DNA of 64,000 bases from Nematocida ausubeli (taxonomy: Eukaryota). The stretch covers positions 186,001 to 250,000 of the forward strand of contig NW_026515635.1 of the NCBI RefSeq assembly GCF_000738915.1. The letters are read 5' to 3'. The notes below the pieces were generated by a model. It was not told the DNA's origin. It saw only the letters and a list, made by a program, of their open reading frames with translations, and did no database searches. A program made the position numbers and the translations under genes. How positions within the stretch are numbered: position 1 is the first letter of the stretch; each line of letters opens with the position of its first letter. Positions 1 through 11,399 of the stretch are shown piece by piece.

Positions 1-1
1 A

Positions 2-2389
2 ATAAAAGAAGAGAAGGCAAGGTATGAAACCAAGAAGAAAGCATCAGAGGAAGAAAAAGAAGAAAATCAAACGAAAATACAAGAGAGCCAGAAAGAAAGA
101 GAGAGTCTATCAAAGGAAATAAAGAAGATTGAGGCAAATATGAATGGACAGGAAAGGATAGACCTGGAACAAGCAAAGAAGAACCTACTAGACCACATGA
201 GAGGCTCAAAGGGAATAAAAGACCAGCTAAGAGAAAAAAGAAAAGAAAGAGAGACAGTTGAAAATAGAAGAAATAAATTGGAGAGAGCAGCACAAGATAT
301 CCCACAGGCAATTGAGAAAATAAAGGAGAGTGCATCAGCATACAGCCAGGAGAAGCATGATAAACTAGAGAATAAGATGCGAAATTTAGAAAAAGTCAAG
401 GAAGAAACAATATTCGAGTTACGCAAAAGGGAGAATGCACTGTATGAAGCACAGAATGAGATGAAAACATCAGATGTAACAGACAAATTAAGTCAGCACC
501 TGCAGATTGAAGGATACCATGGTAGAGTAAAGGACTTAGGTTCAATCCCAGATAAGTACACAATGGCCCTCTCTGCAGTAGCAAAAGGATCACTTAATAA
601 CCTAGTAGTAGATACAACAAGAATAGCTGAGAAGTGCCTGGATATAATTAAGAGCAAACAGCTTGGGAGACATACAATTATTGTTCTGGATAAAATTGCA
701 TCAGATATAAGGCAAAGTAAAGAATGTAACAGACTCCTGGATAAAATAAGAACAAAAGACCTGTACAGAAGGTGCTTCTACCATATACTAGGAGACACAC
801 TTGTAGTTAATAATATGGAGGCTGCCATGAAAAGGGCATTTGCCCCAGATAGACCCAAGGTAGTGACCTTGGATGGGAAGGTCATTGATAGAAGTGGTCT
901 AATGAGTGGGGGTGCAGTGCGTCCTGTGGTGCTGTCCCAGAGAAGAACCCAGAAGGAGATAAATAAGGAACTGAAAGAAGCAGAAGAAGCAGTTAAGGAG
1001 GCACGTGATGGACTAGGTACTGTGAATGCAGCTATAGACAAAACAAAAGAGAGACTTGACACAGAAATAGTACACAAGAAGAACAAGGAACAAGCAAACC
1101 AAGAGATTATACTACTGGAGAAACAGTTAAGAAAGACACAAGAAGAGATGAAGATGCTGCCAGAATTGAAGAAGCAATATGAACAAGTAAAGGAAGAAGA
1201 AGTTCTTTTGTGCAAAAAAAACAAAGACCTGAATTTAATTGAGATAGAACTGGAAGAGAAAATTAAAAAACATCAGGACACTCTGGATGAAATAGGAGGG
1301 GCATCATATAAAGTGATGAAGGCAAGGCTTGAGGGCCTGGAGGAGCAGATATTTACGCTGCAAAGTAGAAATAATCAGTTACAAAAAATACTTAAAGAAG
1401 TACCTCTGTCAGCTGATGAGAAGGAAGGTCTACTGCAGGAAACACAGAATAAGCTTAGTGATTTAGTACTGGAGCCAATAGATGCAGAGAAGGCTACAAT
1501 GGAAATGGCAGAAAGAGAGTTAAGAGAGGCAAAGATGCAGGTGGATGCAGCAACAGAAAAAAGGATTAGCATGCAGCGAGAGATAGATATCTGTAGAATA
1601 AAAGAGACAGAGATAGAAGAAAAACGAAGTCTAGAGGATGAAGCACTAAATAGCATTAGGAATAAGCTGGGTCAGATGGTAAAGGAAGAGAGTGACATGA
1701 AGGAAATTGAGAAGAGAATATCTGAGAGATTGGGTGAGCATAAGGATGCACTCCCTGAGACAAGTCAGGTCAGAGATATAACACAAGAAGAGATCGAGAT
1801 AGAAATAGAGATGTACCTTGGGTACCAGGAGAAGAAAGCACAGGCAGAGAAAGAAGTAGAACAGCTGGCTGCAAAGGAGGCAGAAGAGAAAACTGCAAAA
1901 ACTGATCTAGCAGATCTAAAGGAAGAAAGATCTTCAAAATTCCTGCAAAGCATCCGGAAAATCAATCAGGAACTGAAAAAGATCTATAGTATGCTTACCT
2001 TCGGGGGAGATGCAGAGATAGAGCCAGTTGATTATCTTGATCCATTCTCAGAAGGCGTTGTAATGAGTGTTATGCCCCCTAGGAAGAGTTGGAAGAGTAT
2101 TTCTCATCTGAGTGGAGGAGAAAGGACACTTGCATCACTCTCTCTGATATTTGCCTTGCACGAGTACCACCCTAATAGCTTCTATGTTATGGATGAAATT
2201 GATGCAGCCTTGGACTACAAGAATGTAGGAATAGTAGGGCAGTTTATTCAGGAAAGATCAAAGGACTGCCAGTTCCTGGTGATCAGCCTGAGAGAGAATA
2301 TGTATGAACTAGCAGATGTCTTTATAGGCGTATACAGGCCAGCAGAAACTACCCTTACTCTGGCAGTAAATACGAGTGCAGTGAAATAA
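2..2389 (+). CDS. SMC4: Condensin subunit SMC4, 5'-truncated by the window edge
   Basis: The frame is open from base 2. It has an SMC hinge (GYHGRVKDLG...VTLDGKVIDRSGLMSGG), coiled coil, and a C-terminal head with DPFSEGV..SVMPPRKSWK, LSGGERTL and YVMDEIDAALD typical of SMC4. Confidence 0.93.
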   Translation: MKEEKARYETKKKASEEEKEENQTKIQESQKERESLSKEIKKIEANMNGQERIDLEQAKKNLLDHMRGSKGIKDQLREKRKERETVENRRNKLERAAQDIPQAIEKIKESASAYSQEKHDKLENKMRNLEKVKEETIFELRKRENALYEAQNEMKTSDVTDKLSQHLQIEGYHGRVKDLGSIPDKYTMALSAVAKGSLNNLVVDTTRIAEKCLDIIKSKQLGRHTIIVLDKIASDIRQSKECNRLLDKIRTKDLYRRCFYHILGDTLVVNNMEAAMKRAFAPDRPKVVTLDGKVIDRSGLMSGGAVRPVVLSQRRTQKEINKELKEAEEAVKEARDGLGTVNAAIDKTKERLDTEIVHKKNKEQANQEIILLEKQLRKTQEEMKMLPELKKQYEQVKEEEVLLCKKNKDLNLIEIELEEKIKKHQDTLDEIGGASYKVMKARLEGLEEQIFTLQSRNNQLQKILKEVPLSADEKEGLLQETQNKLSDLVLEPIDAEKATMEMAERELREAKMQVDAATEKRISMQREIDICRIKETEIEEKRSLEDEALNSIRNKLGQMVKEESDMKEIEKRISERLGEHKDALPETSQVRDITQEEIEIEIEMYLGYQEKKAQAEKEVEQLAAKEAEEKTAKTDLADLKEERSSKFLQSIRKINQELKKIYSMLTFGGDAEIEPVDYLDPFSEGVVMSVMPPRKSWKSISHLSGGERTLASLSLIFALHEYHPNSFYVMDEIDAALDYKNVGIVGQFIQERSKDCQFLVISLRENMYELADVFIGVYRPAETTLTLAVNTSAVK

Positions 2390-2749
2390 ATCACTCAGAA
2401 TTTAATTTGCACATTTTTTGATATATAAAATCTGCAATAAAAAATCCTTCACTATCTGAGAAAAAAAGATACACTTTCAAACTCTGATATTTATTTAATA
2501 AATAAAGTTTCATATACTATACACTTCAGATACTTAAAGTTAAATGAAATAAACACGAATATCCATAGATAAACTTGCAAGAAAGAAGCAACAGTACTGC
2601 AAGAACAAATGAAAGGATAAATTCCAGGGAGAATACTCAAGAAAATAAATAGTGGTTGTAACTGTTTATTAAATAATCATATAGTGCACATATAGTAGAG
2701 GTAGGTTGTACTATATTAGCAAAAGATAATATTAATATCTTATGGGAAA

Positions 2750-4843
2750 TCAGTTATTTTTTCTTTTCGTATTAGAGGATGATAGTTTGCTTTTGGATTC
2801 ATTCAAATACTCGTTATACTCACCTAATGGAATATGCATATTATTCTTGTTAATATTGGCCACCTCCTTGCATGAAAGTGGGACATTGTCGATGCCTGCA
2901 GAAGTCACAGGAGTTGGTGATGGCATGCGATAGAACAAGGCACTTTTAACTTTTCTCTCAATTCGGGTTATATCCAGCATAGAATGACTGTCTTTTACTT
3001 TGTCCACATTGAAGAGTGAATAGAAATCCATCGAAGTGTCTTTCTGGGATAAAATACTGTTATCCTTGTAGGTCTTCCTTTGCATCTGCAGGACTGACAG
3101 AAATGCCATTGTGATTTTATTTCTCACATGCAGCTTGCTCAGCAGATTGTTCACAACACCCGGGTTAATGACTGCATCAGCACGGCCATGCCCTTGACTG
3201 AAACAATCCCGGAATTCATCAATACTATCAAGCTCATCATTAATTAAGTCAATTTCAGATACAATTAAGTATAACTGTGTTAGTATCTGCTTCATAAACG
3301 TATATTCACCCTTTATCATAAATGATAACGTATCTTGAATCGTATTTCTTAGCTCATATATAGAATTACTATGGACTCTGTGATTATTTAACGGATTATT
3401 GTGTTTTATGTACTTCTTAAACTGCAAGTCCTTTAAGATATCCCTATTCTGGGCACGCCGTGATGCACTGTCTGCTTCTATTTCCATGAATCTGGCCCAA
3501 GTGAGCTTCAGTAGGTGCTTTGCATACTTTTCACTGGAAAAAGTTCTTGGGTGGTAGGAAATCTGTAGGTCTTTCCCAAGGAAGGATAAATTTAAGTCAA
3601 TTATATTCGAGAGTGATTCTGTGTTGATTGTTTCTTCCCTAGTAAAACTATTCACAATGCCTCTCATGGACTTTATCATGCTGCGTATCTGACTATCAGA
3701 TATGTCGTTAAAAAAACCTATTTTGTAGATTTCTGTTATATATTCCTTTGTAATGTGGTTACGCAATGCAGAATATGAAGAAGAATATAACAGATTATTT
3801 AAGATATCTATCTGAAGGGTTATGGATTTCTCAACTAAATCTATGTACTCCTTGAAGGAAACAGGATTATTTCTATCCGAATATGAAAGAAGGTTATCTA
3901 TTTCCCGGGTTATATCAGTATATCTATTATTAACAGATTTATATTCAGTCTCCATTGTCTGATTGAATGTTTCAATCTTTGAGAATGGCTTATTATAAAG
4001 GTCTTTATATTCCGGGAAGAGACCTAATTGCGTCTTTAGGAACTCAATTCCCAAATTCTGGTCAACCTTCAGTTCCAACATATATTTAAACCGTGCAATA
4101 TTTAGGGCATCCCCACCTACTATCTTAAATGGATGCATCTCCAGGTCAGATGAAATATTCAAACTCCTTGGGGGATTTGAAAGTGGTTCATTCATGGAAC
4201 CATCGCATATTTTATCTGGGAATATATTCATGACAACCCGGTGAATGGAAGAAGGTTCATTTCTCATGTGTTCTATTGAAATAGAAGCCAGACCCACCAT
4301 CTTTGAGAGTCTCTCATCAGGTGGATGCCACATGAATTTTAAATCTGGGAATTTTGCTCCTTTATTCTCAATTTCACTCCTGTATATTTCATTAATGAAT
4401 TTCTTTGCTGTTAATAAGAACCTGGGTGATTGATCATGTATAGTAGAACATATCTGGACAATATCTTTCTTTGTTGGTACTTGCATATTTCTTTGGTTTC
4501 CTATATCTTGTGAGAATATATTGAATGTTTTCAGATTCCTGTTGCACTCGTACATTGTGTTCTTTTTTCGCATCTGCCTGAGTCTCAGTAGATTAAATTG
4601 GTCTCTTGGGTCGATGTACTGGCTGTTGTCTTGGTAGAGTACACTGGCTTGTTCTACAGTGATAGGAAGGAATAGTGTATTGGCATTCTCTATTTCACTC
4701 TGTATATCCTCAAGCATTGATGCTATTCTGTCTTCATTTTCTGTGCACTTTAGTTGTGTACTTTCTATGGCTATGGGATTGGCTAGATTCGCTAGGGCAC
4801 TAAAGACTAAGAGTCCAAACTCCATGAAGGCATTTATATTCAT
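2750..4843 (-). CDS. Hypothetical secreted protein (~697 aa)
   Basis: Long ORF. The first ATG is at 4843 (the ORF track starts at a GTG at 4858). Hydrophobic N-terminus FGLLVFSALANLANPIA resembles a signal peptide. No recognisable domain. Confidence 0.75.
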   Translation of the reverse strand: MNINAFMEFGLLVFSALANLANPIAIESTQLKCTENEDRIASMLEDIQSEIENANTLFLPITVEQASVLYQDNSQYIDPRDQFNLLRLRQMRKKNTMYECNRNLKTFNIFSQDIGNQRNMQVPTKKDIVQICSTIHDQSPRFLLTAKKFINEIYRSEIENKGAKFPDLKFMWHPPDERLSKMVGLASISIEHMRNEPSSIHRVVMNIFPDKICDGSMNEPLSNPPRSLNISSDLEMHPFKIVGGDALNIARFKYMLELKVDQNLGIEFLKTQLGLFPEYKDLYNKPFSKIETFNQTMETEYKSVNNRYTDITREIDNLLSYSDRNNPVSFKEYIDLVEKSITLQIDILNNLLYSSSYSALRNHITKEYITEIYKIGFFNDISDSQIRSMIKSMRGIVNSFTREETINTESLSNIIDLNLSFLGKDLQISYHPRTFSSEKYAKHLLKLTWARFMEIEADSASRRAQNRDILKDLQFKKYIKHNNPLNNHRVHSNSIYELRNTIQDTLSFMIKGEYTFMKQILTQLYLIVSEIDLINDELDSIDEFRDCFSQGHGRADAVINPGVVNNLLSKLHVRNKITMAFLSVLQMQRKTYKDNSILSQKDTSMDFYSLFNVDKVKDSHSMLDITRIERKVKSALFYRMPSPTPVTSAGIDNVPLSCKEVANINKNNMHIPLGEYNEYLNESKSKLSSSNTKRKNN

Positions 4844-4854
4844 TCTTGAAAATC

Positions 4855-5817
4855 TCACATCAATAGGTCTTTAAGTATATTTAGTGATAGAGAATGGAAG
4901 ATCTGGGAGTGAGATGCAATTACGCCGTAGACTGGGGGAGTGCATGGATGTATGGGTATTCCATGGAGGTCTGTTACAATTGACATCTCGTTCATATCTA
5001 TGCCTGCACAGTGGTCCCATATCTTCTCTTGTATCTTTGTGCTTGGGAGACGCAAAAATATATCTATCTTCTGGGTGGCTACACATGCATATTTTCCTTG
5101 TCCATCCATTCTTACAATGTGCACTGGGTACAGTCTACCTAGTCTATCCAGGAATTCCATGAGAACTGGGCTAGAGTGAGTTTTTTCTGCAGAAATTGCA
5201 ACATATAAAGAAAGTGTTGTAAGAAAGTCAGAATATGAGGTGTGTGGTGAGTCAGAAAGTGAGTATGTTCTGACTCTTCTTCTGTGCGGATACCCAGAAA
5301 GACCATTTCCTGACATATTCCATTTATAATAGACTATATTTTCCTTTGGGCAGGATATAATAGAGAAAAGGACTTTTTTGTCTTTCATGCATGCTGCTAC
5401 AATGGAGTATGACCTGGAGTTAATAAAGCCACGTGTTCCATCGATTGGGTCTAGTATTATTTCCATTCCTGTGCCAGCCAGAGAGTGGCAGACGGGTTTA
5501 AGGGGCTCTTCAAGTGATATTTCATTTTCAATGAGAAACTCCTTTATGTATGCATACTCCTGGGAAATATTATTTGTCTGAAGGGCCTTTAATGTGTCCT
5601 TATAGAAGTCGTTGTCTTCTTCTTCTGATACAATTGTAATAGGGTACTTCTCTAATAACTTACAGAAAATCATCTGGATAACCACATCGTAAAGACTCAC
5701 CACTGACATATCACTCTTCACTCTGCTGCTAATTAAAGGGGCTCCTTTTGCTAGATGTGATGCATAACATATGCCCTTCATGACGCACTTGAATATTTCC
5801 TCAGTTATTTCTGTCAT
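4855..5817 (-). CDS. 3'(2'),5'-bisphosphate nucleotidase (HAL2/MET22-like), inositol monophosphatase family
   Basis: Motifs KSDMSVVSLYD, IVSEEE, ILDPIDGTRGF, GQGKY and EKIWDHCAG. First ATG at 5817. Confidence 0.85.
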   Translation of the reverse strand: MTEITEEIFKCVMKGICYASHLAKGAPLISSRVKSDMSVVSLYDVVIQMIFCKLLEKYPITIVSEEEDNDFYKDTLKALQTNNISQEYAYIKEFLIENEISLEEPLKPVCHSLAGTGMEIILDPIDGTRGFINSRSYSIVAACMKDKKVLFSIISCPKENIVYYKWNMSGNGLSGYPHRRRVRTYSLSDSPHTSYSDFLTTLSLYVAISAEKTHSSPVLMEFLDRLGRLYPVHIVRMDGQGKYACVATQKIDIFLRLPSTKIQEKIWDHCAGIDMNEMSIVTDLHGIPIHPCTPPVYGVIASHSQIFHSLSLNILKDLLM

Positions 5818-6480
5818 TGAAAATTGCAAAATAATTTATGGCTAATTATAGCACTAATACTATAAGCAGCACTTAATGAAATACCTCCATTCACTCAATT
5901 CTGCATATTCTCAGGAATATTGGTTTCCATTGCAACAACACAAATTTAAATATGTGTTTCAAATATGATGCCTCAGCATGTATAAATTATGATATTAATA
6001 GGAAATGTGTCTAGAGTCAGGTCATCAAAGATTATAAAACTATCGATGGTTTTAAACTAGTGATATTATTGTACGATGCAGTCTCAAATTACTGCGCCGA
6101 GATCCGGGGTATAAAATAAAAAATAAATTTATAGTACAGAAGAATTTAAAAAAGTAAAAAGACTCTAGTATGAAGAAGTGCTAATAATCCATTTCAGAAT
6201 AATCTGACTATATATTATTGTTTCTGTTGTAAAATGGTTATTCTTATTTTAGAAGGGTTAAATGTAAATATAATTGGATTGGTTACATTTAAGGGTTCCC
6301 AGGTAGAGTGACTGCACCAGGGCAGCACCATCCATAAGACATGCATATAAAGTAATTTGCACCTCCTGGGGTTATATACCCAGAATTCTTCAGAATAATT
6401 ATAAAGTGAATTTTCTCTACAAAAAGTACTTTTATCCTATAGTAATAAGAGTACAAGTACAGTAGAATACACTACTTAAA

Positions 6481-6510
6481 TAACCCGATATAACCCGATA
6501 TAACCCGAAA
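6481..6510. repeat. Three tandem copies of the 10-mer TAACCCGA(T/A)A
   Basis: taacccgata taacccgata taacccgaaa read directly. Confidence 0.85.
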
Positions 6511-6793
6511 TAAGTTTACCTAATAATTTCCAAAGTATTTCTACCGAAAACATTCCATCTTTCGTTTCAGAAAGAAGAATAACCACAAAGAGAGTATAAA
6601 TCTAGTGAGACAAGTGCAACAAACCCATCAATACACAGAATCCATGTAAGAAATACTCCTACTAGATCTCTTATTTTGACTCGATTCATATAAACACAGT
6701 GATACTTTACCTCAGTCTGTTTGTTTTTCTGGGAGAAGAAACATCGATGAAACTTCATACCAAACTATTTAAGAGGAATATTCTGGTAGGTGC

Positions 6794-8239
6794 ATGATAA
6801 GACAAGCACTTCTCTACCTTTTCATAGTTCATTATGTAATAGGTCAGACATATAATACTTGCAAGGTAACACCACCATCCTTTGGGTATTCAATCACAAA
6901 GTACTACAGGGATCAATGTGTCCACTGTAAGAGTATATCCCCAAAGATACAGAAAATAGTAGATTCAATGGAAAGGAAGCAGATAGACATAAATCTGTAC
7001 AATGTTGATACAGCCGCATGCTATAATGAAACAGAAGAAATAGACGTAATCCCAACTATAATTGTGCATAAAGATGGAAAACAACTTCTGAAGTTCTCTG
7101 GGGACCTGGCATACGACAAGATAGTTGATCTATTCGTGAGCAAGACAGGCCTTAATAAGAATATCTTTGAGAAGGAAGTGCCTGCCCCAACTGAAATACT
7201 CTCCCTGACTAAAAATGACTTTTTGTCTTCATTCAATGGCCCATGGATTGTATACTTTGATAATGGATACGACCATTTAGTTGAAAATATTCTATTAGAG
7301 ACATATAAGTCATTCAATACGGAAATAAAGATAGCAAAGTACGTGGGAGCAGATAAGGAGATAGTTGCAGGGAGGTATTACATATATGACTTCCCAGGGA
7401 TTCTTGTCATGTACGATGGGATTCTTATGCGGTACAACGGGAATATGACCTTGCCTGCATTCCATGAATTCTGCTCAAAGCTTGTAGAACCTAGTTTCAA
7501 GGATATCACAGCAGACAAACTCAGTAATATAGTAGAACCAACCTTTGTCGTATTCTACTCTGATGTTGTCTTGGCAAACAGGGCATTCAGGCGGATTGCA
7601 CACGACTTAAAGATGAATGCAACCACGTACAAAATGAAGATAGAAACAACAGAGAGTGATCCAATCCTTAGACTGGCAGTCTTCAAGAATGGAAACAAAT
7701 TCTACTACGATGGAGATATAAACAATGAAGGAGACATTAGGGAGTGGTTATTCCATGCTCATTTCCCAAATACATCTAAGCTAGGAATGGATAATTTCTA
7801 TTCAATATTCCATGGTCTGAAGCCTGTAGTAAGCATTATCACAGACAGTGGAAATCCAGAACTTGAAGACTTTGAGGAAATTGCATTAGAAAATAACAGA
7901 GGAACCTCTTCTTCCCCGTATGTCTTTACTTTTGTCGATAAAACAGAATACCCGAAATTCACAGAGACCAACTTTGGCAACTTGGATTCATCCTCAATAA
8001 TTGTTTTCTTTGACCCACAGAAGCAAATCTTCTACGGCCGCAAGAGAAATCCAAAAGAATCCATCCGGGCATACTTTGACACACAGTTAGCACAGTACAA
8101 AGATGGTGTCCTACCGAAATATACCAAGCACAAGCCAGGTTCATACAAGCTTGCTGCCTTCGGAGTGTGTGGTCTAGCAGCCCTTGGTGGAGGACTAAGG
8201 TATCTTATGTCTAGAAAGAACAAAGCTGCTTTAGAATAA
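6794..8239 (+). CDS. Membrane-anchored PDI/thioredoxin-family protein (TMX3/Eps1-like)
   Basis: Signal peptide, CVHC active site with IPTII cis-Pro motif, further Trx-like repeats (YDFPGI), C-terminal TM segment and basic tail. Confidence 0.8.
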   Translation: MIRQALLYLFIVHYVIGQTYNTCKVTPPSFGYSITKYYRDQCVHCKSISPKIQKIVDSMERKQIDINLYNVDTAACYNETEEIDVIPTIIVHKDGKQLLKFSGDLAYDKIVDLFVSKTGLNKNIFEKEVPAPTEILSLTKNDFLSSFNGPWIVYFDNGYDHLVENILLETYKSFNTEIKIAKYVGADKEIVAGRYYIYDFPGILVMYDGILMRYNGNMTLPAFHEFCSKLVEPSFKDITADKLSNIVEPTFVVFYSDVVLANRAFRRIAHDLKMNATTYKMKIETTESDPILRLAVFKNGNKFYYDGDINNEGDIREWLFHAHFPNTSKLGMDNFYSIFHGLKPVVSIITDSGNPELEDFEEIALENNRGTSSSPYVFTFVDKTEYPKFTETNFGNLDSSSIIVFFDPQKQIFYGRKRNPKESIRAYFDTQLAQYKDGVLPKYTKHKPGSYKLAAFGVCGLAALGGGLRYLMSRKNKAALE

Positions 8240-8368
8240 ATTTCTACTATTTTATCTCTATCTTATCTCTATATCTATGAGTATATTTTGTCTTTATGAG
8301 TATCTTATCTCTATGAAGAGGTTTATTTTTTGTTCTCGACAAGAAATTTAAAGATGAAAATTTATTTA

Positions 8369-8569
8369 AAATTACCACTATATATAGGACTACTAGCAAC
8401 AACAATTACTACTAGTAGAGACACTGGTTAAAATTACTACTATATATAGGGCCACTAGCAACAAATTACCACTATATACCATTGGCAACAAATTACCACT
8501 AGTAGACACACTGACAACAAATTACTACTATATATAGGGCTATTAACAACAATTACCACTATATTCCAC
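8369..8569. repeat. Degenerate minisatellite, 7 units with core AATTAC(C/T)ACTA
   Basis: The core recurs about every 27-35 bp, followed by TATATAGG or GTAGA(G/C)ACACTG variants. Confidence 0.8.
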
Positions 8570-8899
8570 TTAGAAGCATCTGGTGTCTGGTGCACTGCAG
8601 GCAAGACTTTTTCAAAGAAGTAAATTCTCACATAGACAGACACTAAATTCATTATATATCTGAATAATCCTGATAAATCTACAGATCTCACAATAAAACT
8701 ACAAGAGAATAGACTAAATACAACAAGAACTAGTCACAGTACATAAATATGAATAAAATATCTGTAAAATTATACTGTCTAATTTACACTAATATTCTCT
8801 TTCTGAGATATTCTTATCTTATCTGTACTAATATTTCATTTTATCTACTACAGAAAGATCATTTTAGACTGCATAAAATAAAATTCAAAAAATAAAATT

Positions 8900-10360
8900 A
8901 TGCCAGAAATATTCCTAAGGAGAGACCTTCTAATTGTACTTTTAACTATCTTATTACTGCCTGCTTATATGTGCTCTTATAATATATATGCAGATATAAA
9001 CTCACCAGGCAGGTTAAACAATAGTAATTCTGAAGGAAATAGCACTAGAGACCAACTTAATCCAGAAGAAAATAATTCTTCAGATGTGAAGTGTAACTCA
9101 CATGAAAATGAATCTACAACGGATAAGAGACCTTTTTTTAATGAACTACTGCAAAAACACATATATACCCCTGATTTTGATGAAATTCAAAACCCATTCA
9201 TGGGATATTTTAGACATAGTTATAATTTATCCCAAATTGCCTCTGCCTTTATGGGGTTTAATTGCATAAGCAAAGAAACAGCTGACTTTATAGTGAATTC
9301 TCTATCACATAATTACCCAGATCTATGGCTGCCCCCATCAGACGTACTTTCCATGAGTGAGTTAAAAACAAAGATATTATTAACACTTGATAGTGTTAAG
9401 GGACTTAGACTAGAGTTTGAAGCAACAAAATCTGTCTTTGAGAGTGTATATACGTCTTTCTCAGAAGATCTCATAACAAAAAACCTAAAGAGATACAGTC
9501 AGGCCATGGAGACACTCAGGATGTACAGAATCCTGGAGGCAAAGACTATGTATAAGCTAAAACATATTTGGAAGCCAGAAAGTAAGGCAAAAGAAAAGAT
9601 GGATTTATTTGAGCACTTTAATCCGTCTGCTAATATGACAGCAAGAAAGAAGTATATTCTTAAGAATAGAAATATATTCCAGCATAGTATTAGATCATTG
9701 TATGTGGCTAAGTTATTAGGCGTAGTTGCCTGCAGTGCCATGAAATTCAATTTTAAATCGATCTTACGCCTTAATCTAACCATGAAAACCTTGAAGCAAG
9801 AGTCTAGTTTAGACGATTTAACTGATATGTCTGAGTCCTTCAATAGTCTCAATCCATTCGAGTTTAACTACGAGACTGTAAAGTCACATGAAGATAAGTT
9901 TAAGCAGCTCTTAAAGAACTATGTTGAAATAATAAACATGGAAGACCGTAATTTCAGAGATGAATACTTCACCTTAGAAGAAGGAATCCAAGGAGATTTA
10001 AGAATGCATGGTACCATCCTGAGTACCACAGTGACTAATAAGCACATAAAATACATAAATACTATTTTAAGCTTACTAACAGAAGTCATAGACTCTAATG
10101 AATACATATTACAAAGAATTAATGAAATTCTCAACCAGAATATAAAACCACTTCCAGCAACAAATCACCCAAGTGAAAATAGAATTGCAGTATGGGCCTT
10201 TGGTGGCTCTGCAGCAGGTTACTTAATTTCCGCGATATTCCAAGATATCATTAGATCTATCATTCCCATACAGCTTAATATAAAAGGTGTTATCAATTAT
10301 ATACCACCACCAGGAATAGCAGATCAAATAGCTGCTGCAACTACACCCAGTATTAACTAA
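8900..10360 (+). CDS. Hypothetical secreted protein (486 aa)
   Basis: Long ORF with hydrophobic N-terminus (LLIVLLTILLLPAYMCS) and a hydrophobic C-terminal stretch. No known domain. Confidence 0.75.
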   Translation: MPEIFLRRDLLIVLLTILLLPAYMCSYNIYADINSPGRLNNSNSEGNSTRDQLNPEENNSSDVKCNSHENESTTDKRPFFNELLQKHIYTPDFDEIQNPFMGYFRHSYNLSQIASAFMGFNCISKETADFIVNSLSHNYPDLWLPPSDVLSMSELKTKILLTLDSVKGLRLEFEATKSVFESVYTSFSEDLITKNLKRYSQAMETLRMYRILEAKTMYKLKHIWKPESKAKEKMDLFEHFNPSANMTARKKYILKNRNIFQHSIRSLYVAKLLGVVACSAMKFNFKSILRLNLTMKTLKQESSLDDLTDMSESFNSLNPFEFNYETVKSHEDKFKQLLKNYVEIINMEDRNFRDEYFTLEEGIQGDLRMHGTILSTTVTNKHIKYINTILSLLTEVIDSNEYILQRINEILNQNIKPLPATNHPSENRIAVWAFGGSAAGYLISAIFQDIIRSIIPIQLNIKGVINYIPPPGIADQIAAATTPSIN

Positions 10361-10915
10361 TTAGTCCGTTATTTTAATAAATATGAAAATTAAATTAAAG
10401 ACAAAACTATCTAAAGAATTGTCTTCTCAAATAAATACTAAGGCTAGTAATACCTCTTTAACTAAGATCTATACATTGGATACGAATGAATATAAGATTC
10501 TTTAATGAAAATATCTCATTGAAAAACTATCTGAAAGGTAATTCATGAATCCATAAAGAAACAGTCCTGTAAGAGAGAAATAAAAGAGAAATCACTCAAT
10601 TATATGCAGATAGTCTTATTACAAAGATAAAAGTTAATTAATTTAGTATCCCAAGTGCACCCATATAACCAGAATTATTTTAATAATTTGCAGCACTGGA
10701 GTGAAAATACTTGAATGAAATGTACTCTATTAGAGTATGGTATAAATCAATGGGAACTTGTATATACTTATATACAGCCAGGATTCTTGCTAAAAATATG
10801 ATAATTTCAGAAATATAAGCTGGTACATGAGAAATTCACTCGAGTAATTTCTGAAGCGTAAAATGCGAGAGTGCATATATACAGGTGGAAGGGGGCTGCA
10901 GCAGAGGAGAAAAAA

Positions 10916-10987
10916 CTCTCTCACAGGGAATCGAACCCTGGTCCCCCGCGTGACAAGCGAGAATGATAACCACTACACCATGAAAGA
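10916..10987 (-). tRNA. tRNA-Asp (GTC)
   Basis: Reverse complement TCTTTCA-TGGTGTAGTGGTTATCATT-CTCGCTTGTCACGCGGG-GGACCAGGGTTCGATTCCCTG-TGAGAGA-G forms a cloverleaf with A and B boxes, followed by a T5 terminator. Confidence 0.95.
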
Positions 10988-11399
10988 TTACACTGTTATT
11001 TTGGGCCACCAGGCTACAACTACATCTACTGCAAGTAAGAATATGCACAGAATATACCTTTATATCTATGGATATCTTGATTTATAACGGAAAAAGTGAT
11101 TTAATCTGCATAATCAATCGAACAAGGCACTCTGACTGTAGACTCAGAATATCCATATTATACAAAATATATGCACTAAACCATATAATTATATATATTC
11201 TGTTATATCTCATTATGCAGCTGTATTAAGGATCTTTCATATAAATATTCTAAGAATTAAATATATCCATATGAGTATAGACTAATTCTATAATATACAA
11301 CAGGATTTATCTTTTGATATTTTTAATAATTTATCTTAGATATTTCTAGTACATGGACTATAAAATCTTAAAATTTTTACTGAAGGGCTAGAGATAGGA

